The notes under the pieces are model-generated. The model searched no databases and was not told where the DNA came from. It was given only the letters and a program-made list of their open reading frames with translations. Source: a virus. Taken from it: a stretch of DNA of 64,000 nucleotides. Within the stretch, counting starts at the first letter, position 1; the number at the start of each line of letters is the position of its first letter. Shown in pieces: positions 1 to 9,510 of this stretch. Where the stretch lies: positions 37,863 to 101,862 of the IMG/VR virus record IMGVR_UViG_3300020048_003367; one strand, 5' to 3'. A program made the position numbers and the translations under genes.

Positions 1-304
1 CGTCAACCAGCATTTCTTGATAAAATAAACGACTGCTTTCTCTTAGCATTTTTGGTTCGAGTTCAAGTATACGCTTTTTCAAACTGTTTCTCAGCTGCTC
101 AACTGTATCGCTGAACTTGTCTACCCCAATTTTCAAATCATTGAATTGTATATCCAGTACAGCATCATATGGATTTAGGTCTGGACGCTGATGCTTGACT
201 GTGTGAAACACAGCCGCTAATTGACGTAGAGACTCGTTGCATTTGTCGGGCACATGTAACGAGTCTAGGACGTTTAGATAGTCAACAATTTCACTCAGTT
301 TCAT
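1..304 (-). CDS. hypothetical protein, partial (runs off window start)
   Basis: ATG overlaps the polymerase stop (ATGA); open frame MKLSEIVDYLNVLDSLHVPDKC... continues to the window edge. Confidence 0.65.
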   Translation of the reverse strand, partial: MKLSEIVDYLNVLDSLHVPDKCNESLRQLAAVFHTVKHQRPDLNPYDAVLDIQFNDLKIGVDKFSDTVEQLRNSLKKRILELEPKMLRESSRLFYQEMLVD

Positions 305-2970
305 TCGAATGTAAACAATGATGTAAATGTATTTTCTGTGTTAGTAGCTGCTGCAAGATCCCACTCCAACACACCCAGCAAGTTATCAACTTTTTGATCA
401 ACCACTGTTGCCTCCATCAAACTATCATCAAACGGCAAATCCTTGAACCACTGCGGCAAATGTCGCTCGTCAGTGGGATAGCCAATTGACGTCCAACCTA
501 GTGCATTTGATTTCAACTTGCATACAATGGTCTTCATGCCATCTACGATCTGCATTGAGTAGTTGTCGCTGTGCATTCTGCGCATGGAGTTCCAGTTGAG
601 TGCAGCCCGGACATGACCTGGCATGTTGGCTTTGCCTTGTGCTTTTTCTGCTGCACCATACTTGGTCAAGTTGTTCACACGCTTGGGCGAGCCTTTTTCC
701 CAACCTGGACGCTCTTTAAAGATATATTTAAACTCGCGAATCTTTTCAATGATATCTTCACGGCTAACACTGGTTAGTACCAATTGCAGAATCTCGCTCA
801 AGAAGTCTTGAATTACCTTGGGTGTATCACTACGCTTGAGGTCAAGACCTGTTACTTTGATCTGCCCAGGGCCATCTTTGTCCTTGCGCTTGCCTTCTTT
901 GTCAATGATCATTACAGCATAACGCTTCTTGGTAATGAACAAGCCGCGACTGGCAACCACTTCTCGACCACCCTTGATCACACTGCCCATCTCACGTGGC
1001 ACATGGAATGCCTGCTCCAAAAAGCCTGGGAAGGACTCGTTGACTTGTTCAGCAATTGAATCATACAGTTGGATGCAAATATCCTTGCTCCACTCCATGT
1101 GGCCAGCTTCTACTTCTTTTTGCAACACAGACCAAGCTGAGAAATAGCACGAGTCAGTGTCACCATAAATGATAGTTTCCCCTACATGATCATATTCGCC
1201 AGTGATACATTCGTTTACATATGCATCCATGTGTTTAGCAATTGAACGACCAGTTAGCGTTGTACTTTGTCCGATACGCTTGTCAAAGAATCTGCAATGT
1301 GGATTAAGAATAGCACCATACAAGCTGTTCAAGTTAATCTTCTTGACCAACTGCCGCTTGTCCCAGTATTCTTCTGCTGCCTTGTCACCGGAGTTGCTAC
1401 ATTCTTTTAGTTTGGCCTGCATGATCTTGCGTTCTGCGTACCAGCGTTTGAGCAAGCCGGGAATCACAGCTTCACGCTCGTAAGTAAAAATAGTACCGTT
1501 TGCACTCATAATCCAGGGCTGATCACTATCAAAGATCATGTGCCAGATTTCTGCACCCGAGTGCTTGCTTTCTGTGCCGTCTTGCCAGTCAATCACAATT
1601 TCACTTCCGCGACTTTGTTCCATCACAGCAGTGTATTCTATACTGGCAAACAAGCCTTCCCAAGCATCGGCAAACTTGCCTCCGTTGGCTAGCATTTTGT
1701 CCTTGATCAATCGATCAGTTGCTGTGGGCCTGAGTTGGCCAACAATGGTTTCTGGTCCCATGTTGAGCGCACGAATAGTCGAGGGATAGAGCGAGTTGAT
1801 GTCGATACTACCAATGTATTCGTGGACGCCTTTTTTGGGATAAGCAACATAGGCACCTGCGGCTTGCGTGTCTTCATCATTGATTCTTTCTTTACGGTTA
1901 GGAACAACAACGCCTCTTTCGTGCGCTTCGATAATAATTGCTTGCTCGGTCACTGCCACAGCACCCATGGTGGTCTGAAGCAGCACAGTGTTTTCGTGGG
2001 CCAGGGTATTAGCCAGGTCCAGAAACTTCAACTTCTTGTCCAACTTGGCCAACAGTGCAGTATCCTGCCTGTTGTATTCAATGAACTTTTGGAAGTGTTG
2101 GTTATACAGCTGATCTAGTGTGCCTTCGAACTGTGTCTTGCGTTCATCCAGTTCGTATTCACCAATAGCATCCAAGCTGTAACTGTGACGTTCTTCATAT
2201 GTGTACTTGCGATACAGTTGCATATAGTCCATATGCACTCGCCCCACAAGATCATAAGTTTCTTGTTCCGCACCAAAACGTTCAAACATACGCTTCTTGG
2301 GAAACTGCCCCCACAAGCAGAACTTGCGAGTATCATCCTTGCTGAGAATACGTGTGGTACGGTTTACTGTGTAGGGAATGTCGTAGCCTTCTGAGTTCCA
2401 GCCACTCAACACATCAGCATCATCAATAACGTCCAAGAACATTTTGATCATGTCCTCTTCACGCTCAAACATGATGGTGTTTTCAAACTCAGCAGCAATT
2501 TCTTGTGCGGTATCCCAGCTCAAGTGCTTGGGCGGCACAGCAAAGGTGACCAACTGATCCAGCCAGTCGAGATATACTGAAATAGCTGTGATAGGATTGA
2601 ACGGATCAGTAGTGGGCGAGAATCCTCGTTCGTTGTCGAATGCTACCTCAATGTCAAAAAATGCTGTGTGCAGTTTAGGACCTTCTTGGCCTTTGTAGTT
2701 GTCCTCTAAACAACGAAAGATTGGATTGATGTCCGATTCATACAGCTTTTTGTTGCTGTGTTGTTGAACCTCCTTGCGGAACTCTTTGCTGTTCTTGGTG
2801 CTGAATCTACTGACTGGGTTGCCATAGATGCTGCGATGTTTTCCTCGCGGGTCATCAAAGTAGAACACATAGTTTGCAGGGTACTCTTGATAGATACGAG
2901 CGCCATCGCGTCGTTCTACTACATGGATGCGATCGCTTTTGCGATCAAAAAGTGCGTCAATATAACTCAT
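301..2970 (-). CDS. B-family DNA polymerase (T4 gp43-like)
   Basis: Exo motifs FFDIE, GWNSEGYD, YNRQD; pol motifs DINSLYPS, KINLNSLYG, YGDTDS, KKRY. Confidence 0.97.
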   Translation of the reverse strand: MSYIDALFDRKSDRIHVVERRDGARIYQEYPANYVFYFDDPRGKHRSIYGNPVSRFSTKNSKEFRKEVQQHSNKKLYESDINPIFRCLEDNYKGQEGPKLHTAFFDIEVAFDNERGFSPTTDPFNPITAISVYLDWLDQLVTFAVPPKHLSWDTAQEIAAEFENTIMFEREEDMIKMFLDVIDDADVLSGWNSEGYDIPYTVNRTTRILSKDDTRKFCLWGQFPKKRMFERFGAEQETYDLVGRVHMDYMQLYRKYTYEERHSYSLDAIGEYELDERKTQFEGTLDQLYNQHFQKFIEYNRQDTALLAKLDKKLKFLDLANTLAHENTVLLQTTMGAVAVTEQAIIIEAHERGVVVPNRKERINDEDTQAAGAYVAYPKKGVHEYIGSIDINSLYPSTIRALNMGPETIVGQLRPTATDRLIKDKMLANGGKFADAWEGLFASIEYTAVMEQSRGSEIVIDWQDGTESKHSGAEIWHMIFDSDQPWIMSANGTIFTYEREAVIPGLLKRWYAERKIMQAKLKECSNSGDKAAEEYWDKRQLVKKINLNSLYGAILNPHCRFFDKRIGQSTTLTGRSIAKHMDAYVNECITGEYDHVGETIIYGDTDSCYFSAWSVLQKEVEAGHMEWSKDICIQLYDSIAEQVNESFPGFLEQAFHVPREMGSVIKGGREVVASRGLFITKKRYAVMIIDKEGKRKDKDGPGQIKVTGLDLKRSDTPKVIQDFLSEILQLVLTSVSREDIIEKIREFKYIFKERPGWEKGSPKRVNNLTKYGAAEKAQGKANMPGHVRAALNWNSMRRMHSDNYSMQIVDGMKTIVCKLKSNALGWTSIGYPTDERHLPQWFKDLPFDDSLMEATVVDQKVDNLLGVLEWDLAAATNTENTFTSLFTFE

Positions 2971-3042
2971 TAGTCTCCGTTTATGGCCGGTAAGCCGTGT
3001 TGCTTGCTCGTAACGTGAGCGATCCGGTACTCGACGCAGTAC

Positions 3043-3306
3043 TTATAATGTTTTGCCCACAGTTTCAAGAATTGTTTCCAGCAATTCGTGATCCTGCTTG
3101 GCTTTACCAAACTCAGCCTTGTGTGCCAATTTGATAGCTTTCTTGAGCACACCGGGCTTGATCTCTAGTTCTTCAGCAATGGCCTTGATAGTATCATTAA
3201 GTCCGCCTGTGAGTGTTTCAATTTCTTGAGTCACTTGCATGCCCTCGTTGATGATTTGAATCAGTTTGATCTTTTGATCGCCGTTGAATGTTTTTGGTTG
3301 GTCCAT
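3043..3306 (-). CDS. dsDNA-binding protein (T4 DsbA/GapR-like)
   Basis: 87 aa helical protein with IKAIAEELEIKPGVLKKAIKLAHK pattern; SD GGAG; directly upstream of the polymerase. Confidence 0.65.
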   Translation of the reverse strand: MDQPKTFNGDQKIKLIQIINEGMQVTQEIETLTGGLNDTIKAIAEELEIKPGVLKKAIKLAHKAEFGKAKQDHELLETILETVGKTL

Positions 3307-3330
3307 AGAAATCTCCTAAAGTAGTCAGCT

Positions 3331-3359
3331 AGTATAACTGATACAGTAGGAGAAGTCAA
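3331..3359 (-). promoter_or_regulatory. sigma70-type promoter
   Basis: TTGACT-N17-TATACT upstream of the dsbA-like gene. Confidence 0.8.
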
Positions 3360-3368
3360 GGTGTATTT

Positions 3369-3476
3369 GCTCACTTTAGCCAATGCCTGGCGTAGCATTG
3401 TGTCAGGCAGCAGCCGCCTGTTGACGCCTGGAGCATAGCTCCTAACCGATAGCGACACCGGTCCCAAGGTGGATTC
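3369..3476 (-). ncRNA. candidate structured ncRNA (multi-hairpin)
   Basis: GC-rich intergenic stretch with four hairpins inside a closing stem CACCTTGG/CTAAAGTG; family unknown. Confidence 0.45.
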
Positions 3477-3477
3477 T

Positions 3478-4272
3478 TTACTTGCGCATCTTTCTCAACA
3501 GCGTCATACCTGGATCAAAGTTCTTGCTCCAAGCCAAACTTTCAACAGTGGCCTTGCCCATGATTTTATCATATGCAGGATCAGTTGGTAGAATCTTTTG
3601 TCCACCAATTGTGATTGGTTGTTTTGGAGCAGCCGGTGTAACTGGAACTTTTGTAGCAGCCGGTGTAACTGGTTTGAATGAAGTAGTAACTTTGCCATAT
3701 CCGCCAGGGCCGGCAAAATTAGGAGTCTTTGCCGGTGCTGCTGGCTTGGCATATTTTTCCATACCGGGCATTTTCATTACATTGGCTGCATTGAAGCCAG
3801 CAGGTTGGGCAGCAGTAGCTGCTGGCATTGCCGGTTCTCCTTGACTTTTACGGTAACTGTTTACCTGCTGTAGTTCTGCTGCAGACAATGCCGGGCCACC
3901 TTGTAAGCTTGCAGTAGCTCGCTTTAATAAATCAAGTGATGGTTCAGCAGTTGCTGCTGGTTGTGCAGCAGGCTTAGTGGCGCTTGGGTACACCTGTTGA
4001 TTAGGATTCAATGGACTTGCAGCATGGCGCACTCCCCTGCCAGTTGCAATTGTTGCTCCGCCTGTGCTGGTTTGTGATTGTCCTCTTGCAGCTAGTTGTC
4101 TTGTCATGTTACCTATAGACGAAGCTGGGGCTATATTTGGTTCTGTATCTGTAACAGTTGGTTCATCAGCAGGAACTGGTGCTGGTGCCGGTTGCGACAT
4201 TACAGCATACGGATTATTAGTGTAACTGTTGTTACTACGTTTTGGAAAACCAAATAACTCATTTACTATCAT
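3478..4272 (-). CDS. Pro/Ala-rich putative internal virion protein
   Basis: 264 aa low-complexity ORF with MIVNELF N-terminus. Confidence 0.6.
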   Translation of the reverse strand: MIVNELFGFPKRSNNSYTNNPYAVMSQPAPAPVPADEPTVTDTEPNIAPASSIGNMTRQLAARGQSQTSTGGATIATGRGVRHAASPLNPNQQVYPSATKPAAQPAATAEPSLDLLKRATASLQGGPALSAAELQQVNSYRKSQGEPAMPAATAAQPAGFNAANVMKMPGMEKYAKPAAPAKTPNFAGPGGYGKVTTSFKPVTPAATKVPVTPAAPKQPITIGGQKILPTDPAYDKIMGKATVESLAWSKNFDPGMTLLRKMRK

Positions 4273-4273
4273 A

Positions 4274-5023
4274 TTATCGCTCTTCTATGTAATCTTGATT
4301 TTGTGCAGCAGCTTGAGCTTGCTCTCTACGCTTTTGAAACAACTTCACTGCCATGTCAGTATGATCTAGGTTCTTGAATCTAGTAGGCATGCGTCTCTCG
4401 CCGCGACGCAGTTCAAACCCGTCACGTTCATTGCCATAACATTCAAACGCATCACCGTCTTCGAGAGCATAAGTTTTTACTGGTGACTCTGCAATTGGTG
4501 CAATAGGTGCTTGCGGCGCATCTAGAGTTTGCTGCCCTTTGAGTTCAGCAGCATGGCCGGCTTCAGAGTCCATGTCAACATCAGGACCAAGTTGCTCGTC
4601 GTCTGTTGGATCAACATCTTGTTCTTCAATCTCGTCTTCTTCCTGGGCCCCGGCCTTGGCAGGATTTTTGTCTTCAATATCTCGGACTGCTTTGTCTTTG
4701 AGATCAGGATCAATCTTGAGCTTTTGTTCCAGTTGGTCCAAATATGTTGTTAGATCTTTCTTGACCTTGCTCAACATGTCTTCTTCAACTTCTTGCATGG
4801 CTTCTGCCAAGCTGTTTTCACCAACCATGTAGCCATCCATGGGATGTGCCTGGTAAGGTTTCTTGCTCAAAGTAGGACTGATGTTTCTGGGTTTGAACAA
4901 TGCAGGCAACTGTGGTACACCCTTTTGTTGCTGGTTCAAACCTTGTTTAACTGACACTGGAGTAGTTTTACCTTCTACTAGGGCTAGTTTTTCTAGAATG
5001 GATCTAATGTCTGATGAACTCAT
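4274..5023 (-). CDS. acidic putative internal head protein
   Basis: DIRSILEKLALVE N-terminus, many (L/I/V)xE sites, C-terminal DYIEER. Confidence 0.6.
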   Translation of the reverse strand: MSSSDIRSILEKLALVEGKTTPVSVKQGLNQQQKGVPQLPALFKPRNISPTLSKKPYQAHPMDGYMVGENSLAEAMQEVEEDMLSKVKKDLTTYLDQLEQKLKIDPDLKDKAVRDIEDKNPAKAGAQEEDEIEEQDVDPTDDEQLGPDVDMDSEAGHAAELKGQQTLDAPQAPIAPIAESPVKTYALEDGDAFECYGNERDGFELRRGERRMPTRFKNLDHTDMAVKLFQKRREQAQAAAQNQDYIEER

Positions 5024-5460
5024 GCTCTTTGGTCTTTCAAATAACTTCTCAACATCCAGCCATGCTTTTGATGTGCATCAATACGCGAGGCCAAAAAGTC
5101 CATGATGCCTTGTTGGTTTTCTTGTTCGGCTTCGCTAAAGCATTCATTTAGTAGTTCTATCATTTGACCATTGTTGGCCAGTAATTCTTCAAGCATGAGT
5201 CGGGCACGTGGGATTTTTGTTTGTCCAGAAATACGAGATAACTCTGCAAAACGCTCAAAACTGCCAGGAGCATATTCGTTCAGCGCACGAATGTATTCAG
5301 CTGTGGGATCAATTGCACCATATACATCATCGTAGATCATGTTAAAGAACTTGTGCAGTTGTCCAAAGTCTGGTCCTTCCACATTCCAGTGGAACTGTTG
5401 TGCTTTTGTGACAAAAGCGTACTCAGTTGCCAGGAGTGTTTTTAAAGCGTCCGCTAACAT
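5020..5460 (-). CDS. dps: Dps/ferritin-like DNA protection protein
   Basis: FHWNVEGPDFGQLH...D..AE.IRAL and HQKHGWMLRS motifs; start set at MLADAL. Confidence 0.9.
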   Translation of the reverse strand: MLADALKTLLATEYAFVTKAQQFHWNVEGPDFGQLHKFFNMIYDDVYGAIDPTAEYIRALNEYAPGSFERFAELSRISGQTKIPRARLMLEELLANNGQMIELLNECFSEAEQENQQGIMDFLASRIDAHQKHGWMLRSYLKDQRA

Positions 5461-5644
5461 GTTTATTCCTTTTGTATTCTTTAGGTGTATTTGGGGTAGG
5501 ATCCGCATCCGTTACATATTTACCTGTCAGCAAACTTCCGCCGCCCCTTGACAACACCCCGCCACCTAATCCATTGCCACTAGGGGCTATGGCGCCAGAC
5601 GATGTCGCCCCAGCCGATGTTTCCATTATTTCTCTTGCTCTCAT
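5423..5644 (-). CDS. small putative internal head protein
   Basis: MRAREIMET N-terminus followed by a Gly/Ser-rich region. Confidence 0.6.
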   Translation of the reverse strand: MRAREIMETSAGATSSGAIAPSGNGLGGGVLSRGGGSLLTGKYVTDADPTPNTPKEYKRNKHVSGRFKNTPGN

Positions 5645-5943
5645 GTGGTTCTCTCCGGCATGTATATTTGAACTTGTCCTTTAGGCGTAATTACTGCTGG
5701 TCCAGACTTGACTCTGAGGTTCTTTATTTTCAATGTTGCGTGCTCTGGATCAACTAGTTCAAACCGTACTTGGTACTTACCGATTGGTGCTTGTATCTGT
5801 ATCATTTCTTCAAGGTACGTATCATGCCAGATCCAGGTTCGCTCAGTAAACAACTCATCATTTACGTAACAACGATAGCGAGGATGTGGGCCAGTCCACT
5901 TGCAGTGTACATCACATTCAACAATAACAAATTCTGTTTGCAT
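5641..5943 (-). CDS. hypothetical protein
   Basis: 100 aa ORF, TAAATA 6 nt upstream, stop coupled to the next gene. Confidence 0.65.
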   Translation of the reverse strand: MQTEFVIVECDVHCKWTGPHPRYRCYVNDELFTERTWIWHDTYLEEMIQIQAPIGKYQVRFELVDPEHATLKIKNLRVKSGPAVITPKGQVQIYMPERTT

Positions 5944-5949
5944 AAAGTA

Positions 5950-5977
5950 TATTTAGTAAAATAGCAGCCTATAAATA
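5950..5977. promoter_or_regulatory. back-to-back TAAATA late-type promoters
   Basis: TATTTA at 5950-5955 and TATAAATA at 5970-5977 between divergent genes. Confidence 0.65.
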
Positions 5978-5982
5978 TCACA

Positions 5983-6987
5983 ATGTTAACACTTGATCAA
6001 ATACGCCGAGTTCATGTAGAACTATCCACTAGATGCAATTCTAGGTGCCCTATGTGCCCTAGAAACTATCGGGGATTAGATTATAATTCAGGATATCCTA
6101 TTTGTGACATGAGTCTTGAAGATTTTCAACATATTATTACTCCAATTCTGCACCAACTAAAACTTAACAAATCTTATGGGGTAAATTTCAACGGCAATCT
6201 TGGAGATTTTGCCCTGGCTCGAGATGGGTCTGAAATAGTAAACTGGCTTGCTGATAATCAAGTGCGTATCAGCATCAATACCAACGGCAGTCTACGTTCA
6301 CCAGCTTGGTGGGCAAGCTTGGCTCGGACCGGGATACAGATTGGGTTTGCGCTAGATGGCTTAGCTGATACTCATGCCCTATATCGACAAGATACTGATT
6401 GGAATCGTGTGATCGAAAACGCCAAAGCTTTTATTGCAGCAGGAGGCCACGCAATATGGAGATTTGTACCGTTTGATCACAATCGAGCCCAGGAAGCTGC
6501 ATGTAGAAAATTAGCAATTGATCTTGGATTTGCAGGGTTTGAAAACATATACGATGGTCGCGATGCAGGACCTGTATACACTCGTGATGGTGAGTTTTCA
6601 CACTGGCTAGGGCCCGAGTCTAATCCACCACCTATAGATGCATTGTTAGAGAGCCATAAAACATGGTTCAATCATAAAACTATACGCATTGAGAAAGATA
6701 CTACTGATTTGAATTTGCGATGCCAACACTTGGTGAATCAAGAGATTTATATTGCGGCCGACGGATCTGTCTATCCTTGTTGTTATCTGGGATTTTATCC
6801 CAAAAAGATGCAGCATCCAGGCAACGAACAATTAGTGGACATGGTTCAAGAAAACAATGCACTGGAATATGACCTGGCACACTGCATGAACTGGTTCGCT
6901 CAAGTTGAGCAATCGTGGCATCAAGATAGCATTGCCAATGGCAGATTGTATGCGTGCGTGAACAGTTGCAATCAAGGACAAACATAA
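5983..6987 (+). CDS. radical SAM protein with SPASM/twitch domain
   Basis: CNSRCPMC motif, NTNG, C-terminal DGSVYPCC. Confidence 0.9.
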   Translation: MLTLDQIRRVHVELSTRCNSRCPMCPRNYRGLDYNSGYPICDMSLEDFQHIITPILHQLKLNKSYGVNFNGNLGDFALARDGSEIVNWLADNQVRISINTNGSLRSPAWWASLARTGIQIGFALDGLADTHALYRQDTDWNRVIENAKAFIAAGGHAIWRFVPFDHNRAQEAACRKLAIDLGFAGFENIYDGRDAGPVYTRDGEFSHWLGPESNPPPIDALLESHKTWFNHKTIRIEKDTTDLNLRCQHLVNQEIYIAADGSVYPCCYLGFYPKKMQHPGNEQLVDMVQENNALEYDLAHCMNWFAQVEQSWHQDSIANGRLYACVNSCNQGQT

Positions 6988-7562
6988 TGTATTCACAAAT
7001 AACCGTTTTACCAGTAGAAGAACGTGGATTTAGTTCCATTACTGGGACCGAACATCTACGTAGCCAATTACCTGCATTGTTTGCACAACACAATATTTCC
7101 AGTATGTTTGATGCAGGGGCAAACGATGCTGCGTGGCAAGCAGTTACTCTGCCCAACATTGTCAAGTATTCTGCAGGCGAATTAAATGCGCCAATAGTTG
7201 CTATTGCCAAATCAACGTATCCTGACTTGAATATTGTTGTTCATGACGTCACAGCTAGTACATTGCCACAAGTAGATCTGTTGTTTGTGAGAGACGTTGC
7301 AATTCATCTCAACACCAAAAGCAAATACGAAATGATTCAACGCTGGAAGGAAAGTTCAATTCCGTGGATCTTGATGACACAATTGTCCTACGCGACAGAA
7401 AATACAGACTTCGAATACCTTCCTGGTAGACCAGTACAGTTTGCAGAAATTAATTGGTTGTTACCTCCTTGGTCGTGGCCTGAACCAGTTGCATCAATAA
7501 CTGAGATGCCCGACGGGAATAGGTACATGAGCTTGTGGCATCGGGATCAAATATGGCCGTAA
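6987..7562 (+). CDS. SAM-dependent methyltransferase-like protein
   Basis: MFDAGAND motif I-like sequence, DLLFVRDVAIHL. Confidence 0.6.
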   Translation: MYSQITVLPVEERGFSSITGTEHLRSQLPALFAQHNISSMFDAGANDAAWQAVTLPNIVKYSAGELNAPIVAIAKSTYPDLNIVVHDVTASTLPQVDLLFVRDVAIHLNTKSKYEMIQRWKESSIPWILMTQLSYATENTDFEYLPGRPVQFAEINWLLPPWSWPEPVASITEMPDGNRYMSLWHRDQIWP

Positions 7563-8419
7563 CGAGAGTTTTATTTCTGGCCAAGTACAGAGTGCCACAT
7601 GCTGCATTTGCTATGCAGTTTGATCACTTTCTTGAAGGTGTTGACCGCACAGTTATTGCTACGCCTATGAGTCGAGAAGAACTAGAGCCAGTTTGGCGCA
7701 AGTACGATATAGACAGTAGCCAATTTGAATACGTCAATGACAGTGTGATCTATGAGTTGTACCCCGAAGTCAACAACTGGATATTCAAGGACGATTACCG
7801 AGGTTGGTGGTTACGCCAGCAAGCAATCAAGTTGGCTTACCTGGACTACCTGGACGCAGAAGTTATACTCATGCATGACGCAGACACATTTGCAATCAAG
7901 CCGTACTGTTGTTACAAAAACAACAAGTTGAATCTATTGAGTATTGTCAACACCACACAAGATAGTTATACAGGGGTGTTTGAATCCATAACTGGAATCC
8001 CGCATCCTAGTCCTCACTGTTTTATTACCGAGCTGTGTGCTGTTCGCAAAGTAGATTTTGTAGCACTCAAGCAGCACATCAGTCAGAGATGGCCTGACAA
8101 AAAATGGCTCAATGCTATCATTGATGCTGTCCCAGGCATGCCTACTGTCCCACCATGGGGCACAGGTAATATAATCAAATGGTTTAGCGAATATGAGTTA
8201 TTGGGTAATTGGGCAGTGACTCGGGGCAATACCACCTACCAAGAACAACAACGATATGAATATTCTCAATTAACCAATATTGCCAACTTTGGCGCTGAGC
8301 ATACCGCAGTATGTGACGCCATTCCTGATCTAAGTCTTAGTATGCAAATAGACTGGGATACTTTAGAAATTCCAGGATTTGATCAATATCTTGAGTCTGT
8401 AAAAAAATGTTTAAACTAA
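7553..8419 (+). CDS. glycosyltransferase-like protein (DUF6492-like)
   Basis: GWWLRQQAIKL, DAD motif, FSEYELLG. Confidence 0.6.
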   Translation: MAVTRVLFLAKYRVPHAAFAMQFDHFLEGVDRTVIATPMSREELEPVWRKYDIDSSQFEYVNDSVIYELYPEVNNWIFKDDYRGWWLRQQAIKLAYLDYLDAEVILMHDADTFAIKPYCCYKNNKLNLLSIVNTTQDSYTGVFESITGIPHPSPHCFITELCAVRKVDFVALKQHISQRWPDKKWLNAIIDAVPGMPTVPPWGTGNIIKWFSEYELLGNWAVTRGNTTYQEQQRYEYSQLTNIANFGAEHTAVCDAIPDLSLSMQIDWDTLEIPGFDQYLESVKKCLN

Positions 8420-9510
8420 AATTTCGTTATCCTATTTACAATCCCTGTATTGACTCAGTAGATGTAGCCGCCGACTGGGGCGAGTTTGATACTACTCAGT
8501 GTCGTCAGACAGCACTTGGCAAACCGTTTAGTATAGCAGCAATGCGTGTATTTTATGATGAGCCTTGGATTTTTAATTTTGACCCTGAGATTGCTGCCAT
8601 TGATGTAAGTGAGTTTGATTTGGTACTGTTAAGTGATATAGAGTATTATTCACAGCGCCAAATTCAGGAATGGGCGCAGCGCAAAGGGATCAAAAAATAT
8701 GTACTGGCATTAGGCGGCCTTACTGATGAGACGCTGGCCGATAATGTTATATATCGTCCGTACTGGGCTGACGTGTATCTCAGGGCTGATCAACCCAGTG
8801 AGTTAAATTGCACTGTACGGCCCTATATGTTTGACTGCCTACTAGGTGCCCGCAGGCCGCATCGCGATTATGCAATGTTGGCATTAACACGCACTGGATT
8901 ACTTGATCAAAATATAGTAACTTATCGTGACTGTTTTCCTGGTTCAGTCGTAGATGAAACTTCTGAAGCTTTTGCAAAGTTATTCCCTGACGTTAAATTA
9001 AACTGGCCTTATGTGAGTCCAAATCTTGTGCCAGAATGGGAAATTAGCAATCAAGTGACCAATCAGGCAAATCTTGTGAGTCCGATTGAGATATTTCGAC
9101 AAACAAATTATAGTATTCTAGCAGAAACACTTGGTACCGGTAACGGTTTTTTCTTGAGCGAAAAAACCACAAAGTACATGCATGCATACAGGCCCTTTAT
9201 AGTATTTGGGCCCAGGCATCATTTACGCAGATTAAATGAAATGGGCTTTCAAACATTTGACGCTGCTATAGACGAAAGCTACGATGACGAACCAATTGAT
9301 TCGTTACGATTTCAAAAGGCTATGTTACAGGTGATTCGCTTGGCTTATTTTGAGCCTGTTGAATCTGTCTATAACAAAATACAATATGCCTTGGAAAATA
9401 ATGCAAGGCATCTTGTTTATATAGGAACACAAACAAAAGCAGCTATGGCACGGTTACTAACAAATCACATTAGTTCGACACATTATTATCTATTAGAAAT
9501 TCCTGAGTAA
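8407..9510 (+). CDS. glycosyltransferase-like protein
   Basis: AET...FLSEKT...PFIVFG...GFQTF...DESYD pattern typical of phage GT-B-like proteins. Confidence 0.55.
   Translation: MFKLKFRYPIYNPCIDSVDVAADWGEFDTTQCRQTALGKPFSIAAMRVFYDEPWIFNFDPEIAAIDVSEFDLVLLSDIEYYSQRQIQEWAQRKGIKKYVLALGGLTDETLADNVIYRPYWADVYLRADQPSELNCTVRPYMFDCLLGARRPHRDYAMLALTRTGLLDQNIVTYRDCFPGSVVDETSEAFAKLFPDVKLNWPYVSPNLVPEWEISNQVTNQANLVSPIEIFRQTNYSILAETLGTGNGFFLSEKTTKYMHAYRPFIVFGPRHHLRRLNEMGFQTFDAAIDESYDDEPIDSLRFQKAMLQVIRLAYFEPVESVYNKIQYALENNARHLVYIGTQTKAAMARLLTNHISSTHYYLLEIPE

Noticed and set aside
301-2970. Intein or split in the polymerase
   Set aside because: Motifs are contiguous and the length is normal for PolB.
3369-3476. 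tRNA or intrinsic terminator
   Set aside because: No TTC T-loop, no canonical arm lengths or CCA end, and no U-tract.
3628-3672. 18-bp direct repeat AGCAGCCGGTGTAACTGG
   Set aside because: A local duplication of PVTPAA in a low-complexity linker, unrelated to the GVAE repeat.
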